Below are positions 8,822 to 15,874 of a DNA stretch of 32,826 nucleotides, in pieces (the stretch's first letter is position 1; every line of letters starts with the position of its first letter). The notes beneath the pieces were generated by a model. It searched no databases and was not told the origin of the DNA. It saw only the letters and a list, made by a program, of their open reading frames with translations. The DNA lies in the IMG/VR virus record IMGVR_UViG_3300037863_000038, positions 1 through 32,826 of that record. One strand, given 5' to 3'. Position numbers and translations under genes: made by a program. This stretch comes from a virus. Its lineage: Duplodnaviria; Caudoviricetes.

Positions 8822-9213
8822 TCATACTGATCACGGCCTTCCCACGCTTGGCAAACACGCATGTCGTTGCAAATAAAGTTCAGCTTTTCGCAGTGGCCAC
8901 GGTAGCCCGCTCCCTTGTCGTATGTGGCAAGTGGGATGCGCTCTATTTTAACTTGAGTCATGAAAGAGTTGTCGTAATAACTGCAATTTGAGCAATGCCG
9001 ACGACGGGCGTCCTTGACCTCACTTTGCATGGCCTTGGCCAAACCTACGTAAAACGGATTGTTCGCATTAGGCTCGTTCGTCGGAAACTCTGGCCCGTAA
9101 TGCCAGTCTTGTACTGCAATGGCGTAGTTCTTGCGGTTTTCCTGATTGGTGATAAATTCATCTTCCATCGGCAGGCCAGCAAAGCCCTTTGGAATCATCA
9201 TGAAGTCTTTCAT
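8818..9213 (-). CDS. Cys-rich protein with HiPIP-like (4Fe-4S) or Zn-binding motif
   Basis: HCSNCSYY...GHCEKLNFICNDMRVCQAW; AAGGA RBS. Confidence 0.7.
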   Translation of the reverse strand: MKDFMMIPKGFAGLPMEDEFITNQENRKNYAIAVQDWHYGPEFPTNEPNANNPFYVGLAKAMQSEVKDARRRHCSNCSYYDNSFMTQVKIERIPLATYDKGAGYRGHCEKLNFICNDMRVCQAWEGRDQYD

Positions 9214-9225
9214 TGGGCTGTCCTT

Positions 9226-9558
9226 TTAAGTTACTTCGCGGCCTGAGGCGCGGATGGTCAGCGCAGTGGCTGTGCCTGTGGTGCTGATAAATCCGCCGGT
9301 GGCCAAGACTTGGCCGACTAGCTCGGGGAAGGTGTAAGTTTCATCCGGGGCAATGGCTCGGCTGTCAACAATCATGTTTTCTGCGCCTGCTGTACCGCCG
9401 CTGCTAACCAAGTTTACGCTGATAAGAGCATTGCTAGCCGTTGTGTTTGTTGCCGTGAACTTGTCAATGATAGCTGTGGCATTAACAACTGTGTATTGAG
9501 TGGTTTGCGCGGCCTCCATTTGCTTGGAGCCGATAAGGGGCTTTACGATAACAGTCAT
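9226..9558 (-). CDS. Hypothetical beta-sandwich virion protein
   Basis: Thr/Ala/Gly-rich, 110 aa, ATGA-coupled to the upstream needle-like gene. Confidence 0.7.
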   Translation of the reverse strand: MTVIVKPLIGSKQMEAAQTTQYTVVNATAIIDKFTATNTTASNALISVNLVSSGGTAGAENMIVDSRAIAPDETYTFPELVGQVLATGGFISTTGTATALTIRASGREVT

Positions 9559-10415
9559 ATGACTCCTTCAATATTGTTTGAAACGGTGAGAATGATAGAC
9601 GGAATACCTGGGTGCGGTGCTACTGCTGCTTCCGCAAGTAGTTCAACCGTAAGGTCGTCAACAGAAAACATGATTTCCACGTAATCGCCAGCGTTCAGGT
9701 CAAAAAAGTAATTGAGCGATGAAAAGATTTCAGCGTTGTTGCCTTGGATTTTAATGTGGCTGGCACTGTCTGGCACATTGACGCCATTAAGCCTGAACCA
9801 CAAATAAAACGCGCCTACGCCGCCTGCGGTTTTGTCCAACTGAAACGAGGCGTCAAAGTTGTAAATGCCGGGCGTATCCACATAAACCCGTGAAGTCGGC
9901 GTGCCTAAATAGACGCCACTGCTCAAGTCGGTCGTGTTAAACGTAATGGCCTTGGCCGTGTTAATGGTTGTGGCCGTTTGCGTGGTGGTATCGTAAAACG
10001 AGCCATAACGGGAACGTTTAAATTCGCGTGGTGGCGGGGCAACTTGCAGACCCTGCACAGCAGCGGCAAGCTGATTTATCAATTCAAGCGCTTGACTGGC
10101 TTTGTTTTCTGCTGCGCTTGCGCTGACGGACACTTCTTGGGCAAGCGCGGCTAATTGGGTTAATGCTTGCGTTGCTTTTTGGTCTGCTGTGCTGCTATTG
10201 ATGGCCGATGACTGCGCCAACGTGACGATCTGCGCCAGTGCATCGTTAGCCGTTGCCTGAGCTGTACCCGCTTGGATGCTAATGCCTGTGGTGTCGCTGG
10301 ATGGCGCGACCTCATCAACAATTTCAAACAGCTTTTCAAACTGCTTGATCTGCTCCTGATTTTTCAGGAACGTGGCAAGCTGGTCGCGGGTGAGATTTAT
10401 CTTTTGTGTTGCCAT
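9555..10415 (-). CDS. Tail needle-like protein (gp26 position): coiled coil plus C-terminal beta knob
   Basis: Follows gp10 with a TAATG overlap; three 25-aa coiled-coil repeats; C1q/BclA-like C-terminus (GIYNFDASFQL, LNAGDYVEI). Confidence 0.65.
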   Translation of the reverse strand: MATQKINLTRDQLATFLKNQEQIKQFEKLFEIVDEVAPSSDTTGISIQAGTAQATANDALAQIVTLAQSSAINSSTADQKATQALTQLAALAQEVSVSASAAENKASQALELINQLAAAVQGLQVAPPPREFKRSRYGSFYDTTTQTATTINTAKAITFNTTDLSSGVYLGTPTSRVYVDTPGIYNFDASFQLDKTAGGVGAFYLWFRLNGVNVPDSASHIKIQGNNAEIFSSLNYFFDLNAGDYVEIMFSVDDLTVELLAEAAVAPHPGIPSIILTVSNNIEGVI

Positions 10416-11821
10416 TAATAGGCCAGTGGCTCAAGTTGAGCCTCAAGACGGATAAATGACAGATGCGCTTGCGTGTCGCCACGGAAACGCTGAATCCGCC
10501 AGTTGCGCATATGGCCTTGCTGAAACCACGCTAGGCGCTTGCGGCTGTTGCCGGTCGTGCCCACGCGGATGCCTCGGTCTTGGCTCCAAGACTGGCCGTC
10601 TGTGCTGTAGCTGGTCGAAATGATTGGGTTAACGCCAAGCGCTACGCTGCCGGTTAAACTTACAAGCTCCATCTCGTTAAAGATTGCGCCGTTGCCCTCG
10701 TTGTACACAATGAGCGTGCCAAACTCCCATCGCACAATCTGCGCCCAGTGGCTGCTAATGTTGTCGACTAGATAGCCTATTGCGTTTGACTGCGTGTCAC
10801 CTACAAGCCACTTGTCGTAAGCCCAGACCATGTTTTTTGCGCGGTATTGTGCAAAACCAATTGTGCTGGTTGTCAGGGTAAACCATACGGGTGTTTGCAA
10901 CGCTTGCGATGCGGTAGCGTCATAGACAATGGTTCGGTCCGGCAAATGGATGTAAAGGTAATTGTGGTTTTTGTCGTTGCGTGCCTCGAGCTTGACGGTA
11001 ACAAGCTGAGCCTCTGTGTAGCCAAGCAATATTTGGTCAATCTCTTGCGTGCTAAGTTTTTGAGAGGTTGCGTTAACGCCAATATAAATGCCAGGCGCTT
11101 CATTTCGACCGCTGCCCAAGAAGGCGATTCCATTGAAAAATACGCAGCATCCAAACGTTCCGATTACGCCCTTTTGGATTTGAGCACCTTCGATGCGTTG
11201 GAAGGGGAAAAACTCGCCGCCCACGTTATCAAACACCTCAATCGTGTTGCGGTTTAGTGCGTAGATTTCGTTTCTCAGCTTGAGCAGGGCAACGATTGGG
11301 TCAGGGTCTACCTCTGAGCTGCCGTACTTTAGAGGGCTGACCTGCGTCGGGTCTGACAATTCTGTTACGACAAGCGAGCTGCCGTCTGTGGTCATGTAGT
11401 ATCCATCTGCCCAGACAACATCGAGCACAAGACCAAGATCGGGGTCTGTTACCTGCACCAAAGATGATTCGTCCCAGTAGTAAAGCCGACCTCCAGAAGC
11501 AATTGCTAAACGACCAAAGCCGTAGTCCATTGTGACCATTTCGTTGGTCGGGCCGCCTACATCGCCCAGCTCGGTTACAACGCCGTTGCTGTTGATCTCG
11601 ACCAGCTTTGTGCCCATGACCCGATACAGTTCGCCGCGCCAGTTGATGCCGCCACGGTCAATGCCTGGGCCAGAGCCGTTTGCCACAATGCCATCGCCTG
11701 GACGCAGGTAGCCTTTGCTGATGCCTGAGTCTTTTGGGACGGGAACGAGGTTGACCGGATACGACGTGCGCAGGTCTGGGCTGCTATCGGCAAAGATTCC
11801 GTTTAGGATTGGGATTTGCAT
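10415..11821 (-). CDS. Packaged DNA stabilization / tail hub protein, P22 gp10-like
   Basis: MQIPILNG start, PVNLVP, RGGINW, LYRVMGTKL, SDPT, TIEVF; size and position match gp10. Confidence 0.9.
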   Translation of the reverse strand: MQIPILNGIFADSSPDLRTSYPVNLVPVPKDSGISKGYLRPGDGIVANGSGPGIDRGGINWRGELYRVMGTKLVEINSNGVVTELGDVGGPTNEMVTMDYGFGRLAIASGGRLYYWDESSLVQVTDPDLGLVLDVVWADGYYMTTDGSSLVVTELSDPTQVSPLKYGSSEVDPDPIVALLKLRNEIYALNRNTIEVFDNVGGEFFPFQRIEGAQIQKGVIGTFGCCVFFNGIAFLGSGRNEAPGIYIGVNATSQKLSTQEIDQILLGYTEAQLVTVKLEARNDKNHNYLYIHLPDRTIVYDATASQALQTPVWFTLTTSTIGFAQYRAKNMVWAYDKWLVGDTQSNAIGYLVDNISSHWAQIVRWEFGTLIVYNEGNGAIFNEMELVSLTGSVALGVNPIISTSYSTDGQSWSQDRGIRVGTTGNSRKRLAWFQQGHMRNWRIQRFRGDTQAHLSFIRLEAQLEPLAY

Positions 11822-11825
11822 AAGG

Positions 11826-12122
11826 TCACTTCTTTGCTTTGTTGCGTGCTGAAATGGCCTTGGCCTTTGTTTGTGCGTCAGACTTTGACGATGCACCCCA
11901 AGCCTTTAGCGATAGCAGCAACCTCGTTGGCTCGCCGTCTTTCATCTCGGGGCCGGGCATGTTGCCCATTCTAGCTAGGAAGCTGGCACGCCTTGGATTA
12001 TCGCCAGTCTTGACGGGCGGCTTTAGGTTCATGCCTGCAACTTTGGCCGATGCTCTGCCTTTGGCGTTTAAGCCGCCTTTTGGATTCTGGCCTTCTTTGC
12101 GCGTAAAAGCTGGGGATTTCAT
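11826..12122 (-). CDS. Small basic phage protein (DUF6321-like)
   Basis: RKEGQNPKGGLNAKGR...RRASFLARM...SLKAW; start MKSPAF at 12122. Confidence 0.7.
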   Translation of the reverse strand: MKSPAFTRKEGQNPKGGLNAKGRASAKVAGMNLKPPVKTGDNPRRASFLARMGNMPGPEMKDGEPTRLLLSLKAWGASSKSDAQTKAKAISARNKAKK

Positions 12123-12151
12123 CTGTAACTCGCAACCTTGGTGGCCATAAA

Positions 12152-12607
12152 TTAAGCGATGCGATACCAACTGTTTAGCGACTGCACGAAACGAACGCGG
12201 AAGTTGTCTTGTGCTGCCAGAGTTGTGGGCACGCCATAAGATGCTGATGCACCGTTCAGCGCGAGCGTGAAGGCGGTTATCTGTTGCGTAGTTGTGACCA
12301 GCACTTCGGTTCCGTCTGGCGTCTGGGTGTTGAGTGGCAGGGTAATCGTGCCGGTGGCCAAGGTGCCAGCCGGTTGCAAAAGCATCCATTGTTGCTGACT
12401 GACTGGCGTGGGTACGGTGATGTTAAAGCCAGTCCCGGGCGTAGAAATGCTCGTGGCCAGCGAGGGGGATGCAAAAGTCTGCTGGAAGTAAGTCAGCAAG
12501 GAGTTGATTGACAACCTGCGGGCGTCGCCGTTGTTGGGGCTGTAGACCGGGATTTGATCGCCGGGTGATGCCTGCGAAAGCAAAGGCAGTTGATTGATGT
12601 AAGGCAT
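12152..12607 (-). CDS. Hypothetical virion structural protein
   Basis: Thr/Ser/Pro-rich beta protein ending WYRIA; GTAGGA before the ATG; between gp4 and gp10. Confidence 0.7.
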   Translation of the reverse strand: MPYINQLPLLSQASPGDQIPVYSPNNGDARRLSINSLLTYFQQTFASPSLATSISTPGTGFNITVPTPVSQQQWMLLQPAGTLATGTITLPLNTQTPDGTEVLVTTTQQITAFTLALNGASASYGVPTTLAAQDNFRVRFVQSLNSWYRIA

Positions 12608-12618
12608 GTCCTACTCTT

Positions 12619-13101
12619 TCAATAAAATTCAATTGGGCCGTCTGGACCGGCAAGCACAGGATCAATGGGGATGCGCAAAAACGGGTTGTCGTAGGTGCGC
12701 CAAGGCTTGCGGCCTGCGCCTGCTGGCATGGTGCTTGGTAGTTGCTGTTCAGACGGCATGGTGGCGCGCTGTAACAATGTGTTGTAGCTGTCTTTGGCCA
12801 CGGCCTTGGTCTCCATCATGACCTGCTTGCCGTAGCTTGGGGCCAGTCGGATAGCAAGGTTGGTAATGATGGCTTGATTTGCTGAGTCAGGTCCAAGCGT
12901 TGGCTCGTCTAAGTCGCTGTCCTGTGGGCTGCCTGGCAGTGGGTAGCCCAATCGGATGCCCTTGCCGTTCCAGTCCGCCATCATTGCATCAAGGCGGCGC
13001 ATAGCAGACTGTAGCTGCTCGGGTTGCAGGTCAAAAACATAGGATGCAAGGCCGATTTCCTCGAATGCGGCTGCAACGAATTGGCGCTTGCTGTAGCCCA
13101 T
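12619..13101 (-). CDS. Head-to-tail adaptor / DNA stabilization protein, P22 gp4-like
   Basis: LDAMMADW...IRLGY, NLAIRLAPSYG, MPAGAG motifs of gp4. Confidence 0.9.
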   Translation of the reverse strand: MGYSKRQFVAAAFEEIGLASYVFDLQPEQLQSAMRRLDAMMADWNGKGIRLGYPLPGSPQDSDLDEPTLGPDSANQAIITNLAIRLAPSYGKQVMMETKAVAKDSYNTLLQRATMPSEQQLPSTMPAGAGRKPWRTYDNPFLRIPIDPVLAGPDGPIEFY

Positions 13102-13103
13102 GC

Positions 13104-13355
13104 TTATTTCCTTTTAAGTACGGTGTCGATTAACTCAAGCAGCTTTTCATCAGTGGTGCGCTTGCTGTATTTTACGCCTAGCTCGGATGCTTTGGCGATT
13201 AGTTCAATTCGGGTCGGCGGTGCGTCATCTTCGGCAAGTGCGGCAACTTTAACCACAATGCGGTGATTGATGCCGTCGAGTGGCCGTGATGGTTTGCGCA
13301 CGCGCACAGGCTTTTTGCCTTTTTTATATTTCGGCAAAAGTATATTGTCCGACAT
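13104..13355 (-). CDS. Small basic protein with C-terminal helix-extension-helix (LEM/Rho-N-like) segment
   Basis: PTRIELIAKASELGVKYSKRTTDEKLLELI; TAATG coupling. Confidence 0.7.
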   Translation of the reverse strand: MSDNILLPKYKKGKKPVRVRKPSRPLDGINHRIVVKVAALAEDDAPPTRIELIAKASELGVKYSKRTTDEKLLELIDTVLKRK

Positions 13356-13528
13356 TACTTGGCTTTCTTGAACGGCTTGGCGGTCTTGGCGGATGCTAAA
13401 AAATCGGCTTTACTGGGTGCGCCTTTAGCGCCGACTTTACGCATTCTTTCAGGCGTTTTGCCTGCTGCTTTTTGCGCCTTGATGCGGTCTTGCTTGGCGT
13501 TGATATTGGCGTAGAGACCTTGTTTCAT
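13355..13528 (-). CDS. 57-aa Lys/Ala-rich protein, not in the ORF track (MKQGLYANINAKQDRIKAQKAAGKTPERMRKVGAKGAPSKADFLASAKTAKPFKKAK)
   Basis: Open frame filling the gap after the coat terminator; its TAA overlaps the next ATG. Confidence 0.75.
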   Translation of the reverse strand: MKQGLYANINAKQDRIKAQKAAGKTPERMRKVGAKGAPSKADFLASAKTAKPFKKAK

Positions 13529-13552
13529 TTCTTTGCCTTTGATCTTGGAATT

Positions 13553-13578
13553 AAAAAAGAAAGGGCCGAAGCCCTTCC
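13553..13578 (-). terminator. Intrinsic terminator after the coat gene
   Basis: AAGGGC-UUCG-GCCCUU followed by UCUUUUUU. Confidence 0.9.
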
Positions 13579-13589
13579 CTTATCTCAGA

Positions 13590-14870
13590 TTACTGATTAA
13601 ACAGCAAGATGCCTGATTGCTCTGGCGCTTTGTTCACCACACCAAACAGCGTGTCAAGACGATATTTAATCGTCATGCTGTCAATGTCGTAGAACTTTTG
13701 CATCACGAGCTCAATGCCTTGGTCAGTGGCGGCGCGCATAACTGCAACACCAGCATCCGACGGCACAGCGTAGCGGCCTGGCAGGATTTCCAGCGAGTCA
13801 CGCTGCCAGAACACATTCACCGAGGCGGTGTTGACGTTCAGAAAGACGATTGCAGCGGTATTAGATGCGGTTTCAACTACCACGTTTTTATATTGCAGCT
13901 GGGCATCTGTAGGCGTGGGAGTGGCACCGATGATTGGCGGTGTGATCGTCATGGTCGTGCCCGAGTCAACCGAGACAACGCGGAAGGTCTTCAATTGACC
14001 AGTGCTTTGCTTGGTAATGTGATGCGCGGCGAAGACACCAGCAATCGTGAACGCATCACCAGCGGCGACGTTGGTGGTAGCGGAAACGGTAACGACCTGG
14101 AAGCGGTTGTCAACGTTGATCTGACCGCCAACCGACGTCGATGTTGCCTGCGGCAAAAAGTTTGCCTGAGTGCCTGCGCCATTTGTGTCAATGGTCAAAG
14201 CGCCGCCGCCTGCTGCTGCTGTCTGGCGGTTAGCGTAGTCCATTTTGTAGGTGTCAAAACCTGCAACCATGCCGACAAAGGAACGCTCGTAGGCTTTGTC
14301 TGATTTCTGGTTGCCAAATGAACGTGTCGCAGCGGCCAAGTTACCGGCCAAGCCGTTGTAGTCGCGGCTGGAAAGAGCCAGGAAACGATCATAGTCTGGC
14401 ACGCCCTGTTCGTTCATGATTGCGTCGCACAAAGCGATGTCGTCATAGTCACCAGAGGCGGCATCGATAGGCACGACCAAAGAACCCAAGCCAGCGGCAG
14501 CGTTCATAATGGCAATGTTAATGTCGCTTGCCAGCTTTTGCTTGGCGCTGTCACCCAAACGGCCTTCTTGCAGCGCGTCGCGCAGCTCAAGGGTAGTCAG
14601 TTCAAACGCAACCGTTTTGCTAAAGCCAAGTGTGGCCGGCACGGTAAGCTGTGTCATGCCCTGATAGCCCGAAATAGCCGTGCCGGGGGTGCTGTTAATT
14701 GACTGTGCAATATACGGCATTGGGCGGTGAATCGTGTTGTTGGCACGTTCCATCATCGCTGAATCGGTGTTGTAAACAGCGACATTGCGCGACAGTACTA
14801 GCGCATCCTGAAAACCTTCAAGGATGTCTTCAAATGCGACGCGCTCTTCTTTACTGAATGAATTTGCCAT
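13590..14870 (-). CDS. Major capsid protein, P22 gp5 coat family
   Basis: 426 aa; MANSFSKEERVAFE, MERANNTIHRP, YRLDTLFGVVNKAPE; AGGAG RBS; between scaffold and terminator. Confidence 0.93.
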   Translation of the reverse strand: MANSFSKEERVAFEDILEGFQDALVLSRNVAVYNTDSAMMERANNTIHRPMPYIAQSINSTPGTAISGYQGMTQLTVPATLGFSKTVAFELTTLELRDALQEGRLGDSAKQKLASDINIAIMNAAAGLGSLVVPIDAASGDYDDIALCDAIMNEQGVPDYDRFLALSSRDYNGLAGNLAAATRSFGNQKSDKAYERSFVGMVAGFDTYKMDYANRQTAAAGGGALTIDTNGAGTQANFLPQATSTSVGGQINVDNRFQVVTVSATTNVAAGDAFTIAGVFAAHHITKQSTGQLKTFRVVSVDSGTTMTITPPIIGATPTPTDAQLQYKNVVVETASNTAAIVFLNVNTASVNVFWQRDSLEILPGRYAVPSDAGVAVMRAATDQGIELVMQKFYDIDSMTIKYRLDTLFGVVNKAPEQSGILLFNQ

Positions 14871-14890
14871 GGTTGGCTCCTAAATTAAAA

Positions 14891-15784
14891 TTACTTGGAT
14901 GCCGCGCGCTTTTGGGCTTTGTACTGGACGACCTTCGTCATATTGCCAGTTTTTTCAGCTTCGGCGCGTAGCCGTTCTAGGGTTGAGTCTACTGCTCCAG
15001 ACGAACGACCAGTTGAGGTAATCATTCGTTCTGGGGCTGGGGCTGCTTTTCGGTTCGTCACTTTCAATTCCTTTTCAAGTTTCGCGACCGCAAAAGCAAA
15101 CTTTACGGGGTCTTCTAGCTTTGCTAACTCTGCTGCCTTCTTCGGGTTTTTGCCGAGTGCGTAAATAACTAACGCGGGATTATCAGCGCCCTGCAATACG
15201 ATTCCCTGTTGCGTGAGGTTGAAGAGTTCCTGGGCCACGGCCTCGGCGTCTTCGTAATCACGTACTTTAAGCTCAGCTTTCGCCTTGCCGTAGCCGTCTA
15301 GCTTTTCCTGCCAGGCTCGTTGTTGCGCTTGCTCTGCTGACCTAGATTTTTCAATCTGAGTGTCGACGTTGCGTTTGCGGTCAAACCAATCTGACAGGGC
15401 ATCTTCGTACTTTTCAGAATCATAATCGTGATCTTCTAGCTTTGGCTTTGCACCGAGTAGGACTGGCTTGGTCTCAGTCGTTGTGGTGCTTAGCCGTGAC
15501 TCTAGCTCACGGATACGCTTGTCTTTTTCCCGGCTTGTCTTACGCAGCTCCTTTACCCAAGCGGGTGCGTGAGTCTGCTCTTCTTGAGGCGGCGCTTCCT
15601 CACCAATCGAAACAATCACATCGTCTTCGTCGCTGTCGTCTTGGTCGTCTTCGGCTTGGTTATCCTGGTCGGCGCTGGATTGTTGCTCAGTGCCCACTTG
15701 CTCAGTATTGTCTTCGCCGTTGTCGTCGATTACTTCAGCTTCGTCTTCAAAGTTATTGTTTACGTTTTCTGCCTTTGTTTTCAT
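14891..15784 (-). CDS. Scaffolding protein, P22 gp8-like
   Basis: Acidic N-terminus, coiled coils, KPKLEDHDYD, C-terminal helix pair LERLRAEAEKTGNMTKVVQYKAQKR; between portal and coat. Confidence 0.88.
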   Translation of the reverse strand: MKTKAENVNNNFEDEAEVIDDNGEDNTEQVGTEQQSSADQDNQAEDDQDDSDEDDVIVSIGEEAPPQEEQTHAPAWVKELRKTSREKDKRIRELESRLSTTTTETKPVLLGAKPKLEDHDYDSEKYEDALSDWFDRKRNVDTQIEKSRSAEQAQQRAWQEKLDGYGKAKAELKVRDYEDAEAVAQELFNLTQQGIVLQGADNPALVIYALGKNPKKAAELAKLEDPVKFAFAVAKLEKELKVTNRKAAPAPERMITSTGRSSGAVDSTLERLRAEAEKTGNMTKVVQYKAQKRAASK

Positions 15785-15802
15785 CGATTACCCCATTCTT
15801 GA

Positions 15803-15836
15803 CTCACCCAATTAAAACGGCTGGGCGGAATCCGTA
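15803..15836 (-). ncRNA. Candidate H-type pseudoknot in the scaffold gene 5' leader
   Basis: P1 ACGG/CCGU; loop CGCCCA pairs with downstream UGGGUG. Confidence 0.5.
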
Positions 15837-15844
15837 TGTGTGCA

Positions 15845-15874
15845 ATTATCACACGATCTATTGCGGGTTGACAA
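15845..15874 (-). promoter_or_regulatory. Sigma70-like promoter TTGTCA-18-GATAAT with extended TG
   Basis: Direct motif read, upstream of the scaffold leader. Confidence 0.6.

Noticed and set aside
11822-12389. Extended starts given by the ORF track for 10415..11896 and 11826..12389
   Set aside because: The extensions overlap neighbouring real genes; internal ATGs at 11821 and 12122 fit gene packing and family N-termini
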